Shown one piece after another: positions 9,403 through 18,286 of a stretch of 64,000 bases of DNA. Below the pieces are notes generated by a model. It made no database searches and was not told the DNA's origin. It saw only the letters and a list, made by a program, of their open reading frames with translations. Made by a program: the position numbers and the translations under genes. Position 1 is the stretch's first letter. Each line of letters begins with the position of its first letter. The stretch comes from Mycobacteriales bacterium (GTDB lineage Bacteria; Actinomycetota; Actinomycetes; JAFAQI01), in NCBI GenBank assembly GCA_035548055.1, contig DASZTL010000002.1, positions 18,017-82,016 of the forward strand, read 5' to 3'.

Positions 9403-9675
9403 ATGCCGAAGTTCGTGATCGAGCGGACGTTGCCGGGGGCGGGCAAGCTGTCCGCCGACGAGCTCAAGGGCATCAGCGAGAAGTCCAACAAGGTCCTCGC
9501 GACGCTTGGCCCGGAGATCCACTGGCTGCACAGCTACGTGACTGACGACAAGATCTACTGCGTTTACCACGCGCCCGACACCGACGTCATCTTCGAACAT
9601 GCCCGCTGCGGCGGCTTCCCCGCCGACAGCGTGAGCAAGATCTCCGCGGTCATCGACCCGTCGACGGGCGACTAG
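9403..9675 (+). CDS. DUF4242 domain protein (SCO4226-like small alpha/beta protein)
   Basis: 90 aa (MPKFVIERTLPGAGKLSADEL...WLHSYVTDDKIYCVYHAPD). Strong AAGGAGGGG Shine-Dalgarno sequence 5-6 nt upstream. Confidence 0.8.
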   Translation: MPKFVIERTLPGAGKLSADELKGISEKSNKVLATLGPEIHWLHSYVTDDKIYCVYHAPDTDVIFEHARCGGFPADSVSKISAVIDPSTGD

Positions 9676-9690
9676 CGGGAGGGGACGGTA

Positions 9691-9734
9691 CGACACCGAG
9701 GGCGACCGCGCCTTCCGCGGCGCCCTCGGTGTCG
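9691..9734. terminator. Strong GC-rich stem-loop between convergent genes (intrinsic-terminator-like, no T-tract)
   Basis: CGACACCGAGGGCG (9691-9704) pairs with CGCCCTCGGTGTCG (9721-9734). An inner CCGCG/CGCGG stem closes a 5-nt loop. Confidence 0.55.
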
Positions 9735-9799
9735 GCGCTACTGCGCGGTGTACCAAACCGTGGCCACGCCGCCGGCTCTGTTGATCAGCCGGAGCTGAC

Positions 9800-12316
9800 T
9801 CAGCCGCCGAACGGCGTCACAACCGCGAGCGTGATCGGCAGGAGATAGGCCCGAGAAGCCTCGGCTCCGACGTTGCCGACTCCGGGCGGCAGGATCAGCT
9901 GGTTGTCGGCCGCATCGATCTCGTCGACCGCAGTCGTCAGCGTGGCGTTGTCGCTCTCCGCGATGAGCAGCATGTGCTGCCCATGAGTGGCGACGTCTCC
10001 CTGCAGGTAGCGAACGTCACCTTGGGGCCCGAAGTCAGGGTCGGGGGCGGGATCCGGTGCCTGCACCTTCTTCGCAGGGTTGAAGGTGACGGTGCCGCGG
10101 ATGTTGTAGGGAGTGCCATCCGGATTGTGGTTCCAGCAGCGCCGCTGGTAGACGCGACTACCGGCGTAGGTATGGCCGGCAAGGTGCACCTTGCCGTGGA
10201 AGCGGTCCGCCGCCGCCGGCGCAGGGGTCTGCGCGACGGGCTTGCCGTTGACGTCGAGGAAGCCCCAGGTCGTCGGCTCGTCCGCACTGCGGCCCTGGAC
10301 GTGCGGGCCGGGGTTCATCCCGGTGCCGTCGTCGAAGCAGGAGTCGTCGACGTAGTACGGCTCGGCGACGAGCAGGCCCTGCACGTCGCCGGGCGAGATG
10401 GGCTGGTTCTGTGACAGGCCCCACTTCTCGACCATCGTTCCTGCCGGGCCGGTCATCTCTTCCCAGCCGAGCACGTCGGGGAGAACACCCGAGAACGTCA
10501 CGTCCGGAAGGTTCACCGAGTCGTAGATGCAGGCATCGGAGTCACAGGTCTCGTCGTCCGGGTTGCCGATCGTGATCGGCTTCCCGCCGGTCAGCTGGCT
10601 CTGAATCCGCCCGAGCTTGTCGTTGCTCGACTCGGCGATGCCGTCCGGACCGACGTGCACGTCGGTGTCGCCGTACAGGACCGGGTTGATGCCCTGGACC
10701 GGCACGCCCTTCGGGTTGTACGGGTTGTAGTAGCGGGTGATGGCTCCGGCGGCCATGTCCCACTGAGAGTAGATGCCATCCAGCGGCGGGATCGGGTGCA
10801 CTCGCACGGCGAAGTCGTGGACCATCGTGTAGGCGTAGAAGATGTCGGTGCGGGTCACGTTCGTGCCGGAGTCAGAGCCCCACGTCACTCGGATGTCGCG
10901 GACCGGGCCGCGCCGGATGCCCATCGTGATCGAGGAGCCGCCCCAGTTGTTCTGCTCGTCCTCGTAGCCACAGCACGGGGTCTGCCCGCCGGGTGACTGC
11001 TGGAAGGCGCGGGCCTTGAACCGGTCGACGATGCTCCGGCCGTAGTTGCCCCGAGTGAGGCCGTGGTCGTTCTTCGAGATACGAAGGTCGTCCATCAGCC
11101 AGCGGCCGTCGAAGCGGAAGCGGTAACGCGGAGTCTTCACCGTCGCGTTGTCGATCGTGCGGCGCTGCACGTAGGTCTTCGGATCGAGTACGACGTCGTG
11201 GTGGTGGTTGTAGCGGAAGCCCTGACCGATCACGGCCTTGCCGTCCGGGGTACAGACCGGTCCGTACCGTGCATTGCCGTAGTCGCCGTAGGAGCTCTGC
11301 GAGTAGACCAACGTGTCGGCGTTGGCGTCCGGGCTGTACCGCACATACGGGGAGTTGCGTGTGTTGTAGCGCGGCGGCACGGCCCACGACTTGCCTTTCG
11401 CCGCGGACTGCATCACGTAGGCGTAGCGGCTCTTGCCCGACGACGGGTCGACGACCAGCACCTGGTTAGCCGCGACGATCCCGCGAGGGAGCTTGGCGGA
11501 CGGCGGCGCGGCGGGTCCGGCGTCGCGGGCCATGAACGCCAGTTGGTCGCTGTTGATCAGGCCCCGGTTCGGATCCGGTGTCGGATCGGTCTCGCCTCCC
11601 GGCGCCTTGGCGCGGCAGACGATGCCGGCCTGCTGAAGTTGGTGTGGGCCAGGCGGGATGCAGCCCGGAGTCGCCGCCCCCTTGCCTGCCTTGCATCGTG
11701 CCGGTAACGGCCGGTTGCTGTACTCGCGGAACGGCTCCTGGTCGAACTTGTATGTCTGGAACTCGTCGGTTCCCGAGTACACCGAGAAGCCGGATGCGTT
11801 GTTCGAGATGTAGTGGTTCCACATCGGGTCGACCTGGAACGGGATCTGCACGAAGCGCTTCCCGGTCCAGGCATAGCCGCGCAGACTCTGCCTCGGCACG
11901 CCGCTCAGCAGGGTGCGCACCGGCAGCTGGCTGTCCTGGAAGCAGCTGTGGTCATCGTGGAAGCGGTCGACGTAGCCATTGACGTCGGGTTTCGGGTTCT
12001 CCTGGTAGCAGTCGCTGCGGAGCTGCCGCGGCAGGTAGCCCTGGGTGTTCGCGACGCCGTAGTAGTTCGGTGGCTGCGGCACTCGTGCTGTCAGCTCCGG
12101 CCCTCCGGACCAGCCGGGGAAGTCCGCTCCGGTCAGCACCACAGGCTGCGTCGCGAACGATGAGACGTCCACCTTTGGGGCGGCTGGTGCATCGGACGTG
12201 GCTGCAGGTACGACCGACACGTGAGGTCGATCAGACCCAACGGCGGTGGCGGTGGCGGCGCCCGCCAGGACCGTCACGAGGAAGGTCGTGGCGACCACGA
12301 GTGCAGAGCGCTTCAC
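9800..12316 (-). CDS. Large secreted hypothetical protein (838 aa)
   Basis: GTG start. Signal peptide MKRSALVVATTFLVTVLAGAATATAVG. Asn/Tyr/Trp/Asp/Gly-rich mature part typical of extracellular proteins. I recognise no family motif. Confidence 0.7.
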   Translation of the reverse strand: MKRSALVVATTFLVTVLAGAATATAVGSDRPHVSVVPAATSDAPAAPKVDVSSFATQPVVLTGADFPGWSGGPELTARVPQPPNYYGVANTQGYLPRQLRSDCYQENPKPDVNGYVDRFHDDHSCFQDSQLPVRTLLSGVPRQSLRGYAWTGKRFVQIPFQVDPMWNHYISNNASGFSVYSGTDEFQTYKFDQEPFREYSNRPLPARCKAGKGAATPGCIPPGPHQLQQAGIVCRAKAPGGETDPTPDPNRGLINSDQLAFMARDAGPAAPPSAKLPRGIVAANQVLVVDPSSGKSRYAYVMQSAAKGKSWAVPPRYNTRNSPYVRYSPDANADTLVYSQSSYGDYGNARYGPVCTPDGKAVIGQGFRYNHHHDVVLDPKTYVQRRTIDNATVKTPRYRFRFDGRWLMDDLRISKNDHGLTRGNYGRSIVDRFKARAFQQSPGGQTPCCGYEDEQNNWGGSSITMGIRRGPVRDIRVTWGSDSGTNVTRTDIFYAYTMVHDFAVRVHPIPPLDGIYSQWDMAAGAITRYYNPYNPKGVPVQGINPVLYGDTDVHVGPDGIAESSNDKLGRIQSQLTGGKPITIGNPDDETCDSDACIYDSVNLPDVTFSGVLPDVLGWEEMTGPAGTMVEKWGLSQNQPISPGDVQGLLVAEPYYVDDSCFDDGTGMNPGPHVQGRSADEPTTWGFLDVNGKPVAQTPAPAAADRFHGKVHLAGHTYAGSRVYQRRCWNHNPDGTPYNIRGTVTFNPAKKVQAPDPAPDPDFGPQGDVRYLQGDVATHGQHMLLIAESDNATLTTAVDEIDAADNQLILPPGVGNVGAEASRAYLLPITLAVVTPFGG

Positions 12317-12358
12317 GCGATCTGGTTCGCCGTGCGCCGGCCCCGGACCTGCGCGCGG

Positions 12359-13273
12359 TCAGGCCTCGTTCCCCGGGCGCCTACGGGAAGCCGCGACGCG
12401 ATATGACACAAACAGGACCAGTACCAACGCGATCGGCACGACGATGAGCAACGCCGTGCGGGCGCCGTGCCCTTGGTCCGACTCCGCGGTTGCAGAGACC
12501 GGCGGCGAAGATGTGGACGGACCCGTTGTCGGGGACGGGGCGGTGGTTGGACGCGCAGCGGCCGACGGGGACGTGGACGACTTGTGGGTCTTGTGGGAGT
12601 GCGTCGGTCGGGCTGACGGGCTGGCGGAGTGAGCGGGCTTCGTCGGCTTCGGATGATGGGACGGCCGCGCGCTCGACGGGGTCGAGGGTGGGCTGGTCGC
12701 CGTCGACCTGATCGAGACGTCGGCGGCGTGCGGCGGCGTGAAGGCAACGGTGAAGGTCTTGTTCGGGGCGTTCGGGTCGGGCAGCAGCACGATGCCGCTC
12801 GCTGCTTCCCGGGCAGGGAAGGTCAGGGTCATCAGCTCCCGGCCTTGGAAGACGCCGGTGATCGGCTTCGTGGTCGTTCGATACGAGGGTCGTGCCGACC
12901 ACGCCTGCGGACCGCTCGTCTGCCAGTTGCCGGTAGCCGGATAGGCGATCACGGCCGCCCTGCCGACCTGCTCCTGCGGCGAGACATGGAGGGTGAGCCG
13001 CACCATTGCGGTCTTGTCGGCGACGTCGAAACGGATGGCTGAGAAGGCTTGGGGTCCGGTCGGCGACGACGCGATGTACAACCCGTTCGGCGGCACGCCT
13101 GGGACCGGGATCAGTCCGGAGACAGGTTCGGGTTGCCACCAGTAGCCGGCCTGCGGCTCGCTGGCCGGGGCCGCGACCGCAAACCCGCACGCCACGACGA
13201 CGCAAGCGAGCGCGATCACCATGACGGCACCCCAGCGGGCAGCCGTCGCGGCCGCGTCCCCCTCGGCAGTCAC
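12359..13273 (-). CDS. Surface protein with N-terminal signal/TM, Pro/Ser/Thr/His-rich stalk and C-terminal TM anchor
   Basis: 304 aa. Hydrophobic N-terminus (VMVIALACVVVACGFAVAA), a globular region of about 170 aa, a low-complexity PST stalk, then LLIVVPIALVLVLFVSY followed by RRRP. The ATG overlaps the stop of the PP2C gene (ATGA). Confidence 0.65.
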   Translation of the reverse strand: MTAEGDAAATAARWGAVMVIALACVVVACGFAVAAPASEPQAGYWWQPEPVSGLIPVPGVPPNGLYIASSPTGPQAFSAIRFDVADKTAMVRLTLHVSPQEQVGRAAVIAYPATGNWQTSGPQAWSARPSYRTTTKPITGVFQGRELMTLTFPAREAASGIVLLPDPNAPNKTFTVAFTPPHAADVSIRSTATSPPSTPSSARPSHHPKPTKPAHSASPSARPTHSHKTHKSSTSPSAAARPTTAPSPTTGPSTSSPPVSATAESDQGHGARTALLIVVPIALVLVLFVSYRVAASRRRPGNEA

Positions 13274-14916
13274 CCCTTCAGTTTGCTACGGCCACTCCTT
13301 GCCGGCTGTGGCTCGGCGCCCGGGTTCGGGCCCGGGGCCTCACTCAGCCGTACGACGAGCATGGCGACGTCGTCGCCACGGGCGGTCGGCCGCATCGACT
13401 CCAGGACCCGGTCACAGATCTCTTCCGGGCCCGAGTCGGCGGCCACGGCAGCGGTCGCGAGCTTCAGGTCGCCGATGAGCTCGGTGAGCGATTCGCCGGG
13501 CACCTCGACGAGGCCGTCGGTGTAGAGCAGCAACGTCGACCCGCGGCGTACCGGCAGTGAGTGCTGCGAGCGCGGCCCGGCGTCGAGCTCGGGTGCCCCG
13601 AGCAAGAGCGAGACGGCGTCATCGAGCTCGACGACACCGCCGCCCGCGGTGTGCAGCAGCGGCGGTGGATGCCCGGCGTTCGCGAACGTGAGCTGCCGCT
13701 CGCCGTCGTCGCCGGCGGGACCGAGCACTCCGTAGAACACGGTGACGAGCCGGTCCGTGTTCAGCGACGCGACGAGATGGTTGAGGCGATCGAGCACGTC
13801 GGCGGGGTGTTCGCCGACGATCGCGTGAGCGCGCAGCGCGGTTTGCACTCTGGACATGAGGACCGCCGCCTCGATGTCATGACCGAGCACGTCGCCGACG
13901 GCGATGCCCACATGGCCGCCTTCGAGCTCGAAGGCGTCGTACCAGTCGCCGCCCACCTCCTGGGCGGTCGAACCGGCCAGGTAACGCGCCGCGACCTCAA
14001 GTCCATCGATCTCGGGAAGGATCGGGAGCAGGCTTCGTTGCAGCCCTTCGGCGATCTGGTGTTCGGTGCGGTAGAGGGCAAGGGCGCTGCGACGGCGTCG
14101 GGTCTCGACCTCGAGCACAGTGGCGATGAGAATCGAGAGCAAGATCCCGCCGCCGAGGGAAAGCCAGGCGGCGTTTGCCGTCGTGCTCCCGACCAGTGGG
14201 TGGATCGCGCGGACCTGCAGCGCCCAGCGGGTTGCCCCGGCCTTCACCGTCACCGTCTGCACGCGGCCTCGAAGCGGCAGGTCGGTCCGGCTGGCGACGA
14301 GGGCCTGACTCGGCACCGGGGTGGGGGCGTCGTACAGCGCTGTGTCCAGCTCGTGGAACGGCGCCGACTGGGCATCCTGTGGCGGGCTGAGGGGGCCGAG
14401 GGTGAGCTGTAGGTAGAGCACGGTCCCGGTGGGCGCGATCGGCGGACCCAGCGCGACGCCGAGTGTGCGGTTCGCGCCGGTTCCCATGATCTGCGTTGGC
14501 AGGACCGCACCGGCGACGCCCGCCCGGTCGAGGGTCGCCGACACCGACCCGGCGAGCATCTGCCCCACCCTGTAGGCGGGTCCGTTGACGAGCGCGACGC
14601 GATAGCCCTGGCCGGTCTGTCGCAGCAGGACGAGGGTGGCGCTGCCCTTGGAGCCGTTGACGAGAGCCGCGCTTGCCCGCCGGAACGCCGCCGGCGACTC
14701 GCTGGTCACCTGCATCACGCGGCCGACCGTCTCCAGCTGGCTGGACAAGGAGTCGACGGCTTCTTTCAGAACGAGGCTGACCTCGTTGGCCCGCTCCTTG
14801 AGCAGCCGGCTCTCCTGCTTGTGCACGGCGCGGTGCACCGTCAAGGTCACGACGCCAGTCACGACCAGCAGCAACATCAGGCTGGCAGCGCTGAGCCACC
14901 CCCATTTGCGCCTCAT
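13270..14916 (-). CDS. Membrane sensor PP2C/SpoIIE-family serine phosphatase (RsbU-like)
   Basis: 548 aa. TM1 at aa 8-27, an extracytoplasmic region of about 220 aa, TM2 at about aa 250-270, then a PP2C domain (GGDWYDAF, GDVLGHD, LLLYTDGLVE). Confidence 0.85.
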   Translation of the reverse strand: MRRKWGWLSAASLMLLLVVTGVVTLTVHRAVHKQESRLLKERANEVSLVLKEAVDSLSSQLETVGRVMQVTSESPAAFRRASAALVNGSKGSATLVLLRQTGQGYRVALVNGPAYRVGQMLAGSVSATLDRAGVAGAVLPTQIMGTGANRTLGVALGPPIAPTGTVLYLQLTLGPLSPPQDAQSAPFHELDTALYDAPTPVPSQALVASRTDLPLRGRVQTVTVKAGATRWALQVRAIHPLVGSTTANAAWLSLGGGILLSILIATVLEVETRRRRSALALYRTEHQIAEGLQRSLLPILPEIDGLEVAARYLAGSTAQEVGGDWYDAFELEGGHVGIAVGDVLGHDIEAAVLMSRVQTALRAHAIVGEHPADVLDRLNHLVASLNTDRLVTVFYGVLGPAGDDGERQLTFANAGHPPPLLHTAGGGVVELDDAVSLLLGAPELDAGPRSQHSLPVRRGSTLLLYTDGLVEVPGESLTELIGDLKLATAAVAADSGPEEICDRVLESMRPTARGDDVAMLVVRLSEAPGPNPGAEPQPARSGRSKLKG

Positions 14917-14942
14917 GACACCCCCGTGCGTTTGGCGTAGCG

Positions 14943-15944
14943 CTAGTACACCCCATCGGGCGAAGGCAGATCGGATAACCGGTCTAATTCATCCGCAAGG
15001 ACTAACGAGAAGTTCTTGATCGGTGGCGGTGACTCGCCGCGACTAGCGGCACGGAGCCGATCCACGAGGGCTCGGACGTACCACTCGCGGAACAGGCGGT
15101 GCGATGGCGGTGCGGCCAGCGTCAGCAGGCGGGCTGAGCGGGCTTGCCGGTCGGCTTCGTCGAGGGCGGCGAGGTAACGCAGCCCCGCGGTGGCTGCCGC
15201 CACCGGAAGGTGCAGGGTCAGGTCGGTGAACACGTCTCGGCGCCGTGCCGCCTCGAGCGCCTGCCGCTTGATCTCGTTGCGCGCCTCCGCGAAGTCCTCG
15301 GTGACCCGTGCGAGCAGGCCGATCGTCTCGGAAGGCAGCGTGTCGGGGTCATCCGACGGGGCCTGCATGAAGGTGATCTCGCGAACGACGTTGTCGATGT
15401 GCGCCTTCGCCGATACCAGGAGGTCGGTCGGAACCCATCCGAGGCGAACCTCATAGCGAGGAGCCGGGTCGCGGCCCCGCCAGTCGACCCGCATCGCCTC
15501 CAGATCTTGCTTGGTACGACGTCGCATGGTCGCTCGACGGGGTTTGCCGAGCTCGGCCCAGACCAGCTTGCCGTCACTCGTGGGCTCGACTCCCCATGCG
15601 CTGGTCAGCGACTCGACGACCGCCAGTCCGCGCCCCGTCATGCCGTCAGTGGACCCGCGGCCCTTGAGCGGCACCGAATGGCCGGCGTCGGCGACCTCGA
15701 TGCGAACCCTGTCCCGACGGCCCTTGAGTCGGAACTCGATCGGTGGGGTGCCGTGGAGCACCGCGTTGGTCACCAGCTCGGTCACGACCAGCTCGGCGTC
15801 CGAAGCGATGGGCTCGGGAAGGCTCTGGAGGGTCGCCGAGGCGAGACGTCGCGCAGCCCTGACTCCGTCGAGCCCTGGGTTCACCAGAAGCTCGGCCGAT
15901 TTGCTCACCGACCCCGCCCATCCCTTCCGTGACGGGGGAGGCAT
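14943..15944 (-). CDS. RsbW/SpoIIAB-like ATP-binding (HATPase) protein with uncharacterised C-terminal domain of about 190 aa
   Basis: N-terminal ELVVTELVTNAVLHG, RIEVADAG and GRGLAVVESL match the anti-sigma-factor kinase fold. I recognise no motif in the rest. The exact start is uncertain. Confidence 0.7.
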   Translation of the reverse strand: MPPPSRKGWAGSVSKSAELLVNPGLDGVRAARRLASATLQSLPEPIASDAELVVTELVTNAVLHGTPPIEFRLKGRRDRVRIEVADAGHSVPLKGRGSTDGMTGRGLAVVESLTSAWGVEPTSDGKLVWAELGKPRRATMRRRTKQDLEAMRVDWRGRDPAPRYEVRLGWVPTDLLVSAKAHIDNVVREITFMQAPSDDPDTLPSETIGLLARVTEDFAEARNEIKRQALEAARRRDVFTDLTLHLPVAAATAGLRYLAALDEADRQARSARLLTLAAPPSHRLFREWYVRALVDRLRAASRGESPPPIKNFSLVLADELDRLSDLPSPDGVY

Positions 15945-15979
15945 GCCCGCCTAGTCGGGGACTAAGCCCTCCATTCGGC

Positions 15980-18286
15980 TCAGCCGAAACTGTGCCAAGT
16001 GGCGGAGTCGTGTGCACCGACGCTTGGGAGCGTGTAGTCGCACACGCCGCGCGGGAAGACGGCGTGCAGCTGCCGCCATTGCCTCGCCGTGAAGGTGGCG
16101 CCATACGCGGAGCGTCGCGGTGCCGTGACGTGGCACTTCATGATGTCGTCCCGCAACGGGCCACCCGCCGCGATCCGCGGATCCGTGCCGTGGACGAACA
16201 GGTGGCGACACTGCTCCCACGACAGCACTTGCAGCCCGCCGGCGGTCCAGCACTGGTCAGCGGCGCTCGCCGGCCGCGCCATCCTGACCTGAGCAGCCAG
16301 GCTGCGACCAGTGTGGTCGGCCTCGACGTTCGCGAGCCAGGCGTCGAGGGTGTCGAACGCACGCGCGGTGACGCTAGGGTCCTGCGCGTCTTCACCGAGC
16401 TCGACCCACAGCGCCTGGTTGCGGTGACTCCCGTTGGTGGCGTCCAACCTGGCGCGCTGTACATAGCTGTCGATGTCGAGGTGAATCTCTTCGTTGTCGT
16501 GGCCGCGCAGGTCGATGATCGGCACGCCGGCTTGCGCATGGGGGTCTAGGACCTGGCCGGTCCGATAGGCCATCTTCAGCGCGTGTGGATCGGCGACGCT
16601 CCGCGCCGAGGTGTGGCCCCAGTCGATGTCGATGCCGCCGACGTCGCGGTTGAGTGCGAGGAACTCGGTGACCGAGATCTGATGCTTGTTCAGAGCGGCG
16701 AGGCCGTACTGCACCCCGGCGTTGTCGAAGGGCCGGTTGGCGAAGCCCGCACCGGCGCGGCGCTCGGGTGCCGACCAGCGGGAGCGAGGCCGCTGGCCCC
16801 AGATCGCGACCTGGTAGTCCTGCAGGGTGCATCGGACGCCGCCCGGGTTGGTGGTCGCGTTGTAGACCCACGTCGGGTTGGGCCGGCTCGTGCAGCTGGC
16901 GGCACGGCCCGGGTCCAGCAGCGCCTGTGCATAGTCCGGGATCTTCGTGGTCACGCTGCCTTGCGGCCCGTCGAAGAACCCGCGACAGGTCGTCGGCTCG
17001 AGAAAGCCGGTGACGGAGTCCTGCTTCGCCGGTGACCAGACCCCGGGATGGGCGTCGAACACCGCGTCGAGCAAGTGACAGTCTTCGGCCTGCTGAACCA
17101 CCTGCCAGATGTCGGGGAAGCTGCACATCAGCAGCGCGCCGTCGACCAGTCCCGGATAGTTCGCCGTGATCGCGTTCAAGATGATCGAGCCGCCGGAGCA
17201 CCCTTCGCCCACCGTGTAGCGCACCACGCCGTACTCGTCGATCAGGCGTGACTTGACCATCGCGAATGCTTCCGCCGCGACCACCGGGTTGCAGTTGTTG
17301 CCGAGTACGTCGAGCGCTCCGGTCACGACCGCGAAGCCGCGTCCCAGCGCGTGCGCGTCGAAGACCGGAAGGCCCGCCGCCTGGTCGTGCCACGGTCGGC
17401 AGTCGCCGCCGATCTCGACGTCGACCTTGTGGTTCCACGCGGCGGGTGGAGCCCAGGGCAAGTACGACTTGCCGGGGTCCGCTAGGACGGCGATCTGGTA
17501 GGTGTCGCGATCGATCACCCCCGTCTCCACCCGCACGATGTATGGCACCGTCACGCCGGCGTCGGTCGTGGTCCGGGCAACCGATGGTGACGATGGCGGG
17601 TCCTGCAGGTGATACGGGATGAACTGGTTGGACGAGGGAGGCGCGCCGATCCCCGGGTGGTTGCCGATCCCGGCGGAGCCGGCGGGGAGGTAGTAGTAGG
17701 CGTAGTGAGTCGGGACACGACAGGCGGCGCGGTGCGCCGGAGTGGGCTTGTCGTTGCAGAACCACGGCGTGACCTGGGCTCCGGCGAACATCGGCCCATG
17801 GTCTGCGTAGTCCGTGAGGCGTAGTGATGTCGAGCGCCCACCTGGGAGGGTGGCGCGAAGGACGCGCGTGCCGGGAGCCAGCCGCACCAGGCCGATGAGC
17901 GCTGTCGAGTTGCGCGAGATGCCGACCTGGGCTTGTGGCGGTACTCCGGCGAGCAGGCCGGGCAGCCGGTTCGCAGCGAGCTGGCGCGTGACGTCCTGAC
18001 GGCCGAGGGTGACGTGAACCGATCTGAGATCGGTCTTCGTCGGCACGAGGACCGCGACGAGCGCCTTCGGGCCGGAGATCCACGCCGGCTTCGCGGACAG
18101 CACGACCACGCGAAGCGTGCCTGTAGCGGCAGCGGTCGACGGTGTGAGCGGCAGGAGGGGCGCGCCGATCAGGCCGCCTGAGAGGAGCGCGACCACCGCA
18201 CCGGCTCGTCCGGTCAGCCGTCCGCGCATACGCCGACCCCGAACCGGGAGTCGCGTGATGAGGTTCCGACGGTGATCGTCTGACAT
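15980..18286 (-). CDS. Secreted tannase/feruloyl-esterase-like alpha/beta hydrolase (DUF6351-like)
   Basis: 768-aa ORF. Nucleophile context VGEGCSGGSI resembles the tannase family GCSxGG. Hydrophobic leader. The 5' end overlaps the GH3 stop, so the true start is probably the ATG at 18229 or the GTG at 18196. Confidence 0.65.
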   Translation of the reverse strand: MSDDHRRNLITRLPVRGRRMRGRLTGRAGAVVALLSGGLIGAPLLPLTPSTAAATGTLRVVVLSAKPAWISGPKALVAVLVPTKTDLRSVHVTLGRQDVTRQLAANRLPGLLAGVPPQAQVGISRNSTALIGLVRLAPGTRVLRATLPGGRSTSLRLTDYADHGPMFAGAQVTPWFCNDKPTPAHRAACRVPTHYAYYYLPAGSAGIGNHPGIGAPPSSNQFIPYHLQDPPSSPSVARTTTDAGVTVPYIVRVETGVIDRDTYQIAVLADPGKSYLPWAPPAAWNHKVDVEIGGDCRPWHDQAAGLPVFDAHALGRGFAVVTGALDVLGNNCNPVVAAEAFAMVKSRLIDEYGVVRYTVGEGCSGGSIILNAITANYPGLVDGALLMCSFPDIWQVVQQAEDCHLLDAVFDAHPGVWSPAKQDSVTGFLEPTTCRGFFDGPQGSVTTKIPDYAQALLDPGRAASCTSRPNPTWVYNATTNPGGVRCTLQDYQVAIWGQRPRSRWSAPERRAGAGFANRPFDNAGVQYGLAALNKHQISVTEFLALNRDVGGIDIDWGHTSARSVADPHALKMAYRTGQVLDPHAQAGVPIIDLRGHDNEEIHLDIDSYVQRARLDATNGSHRNQALWVELGEDAQDPSVTARAFDTLDAWLANVEADHTGRSLAAQVRMARPASAADQCWTAGGLQVLSWEQCRHLFVHGTDPRIAAGGPLRDDIMKCHVTAPRRSAYGATFTARQWRQLHAVFPRGVCDYTLPSVGAHDSATWHSFG

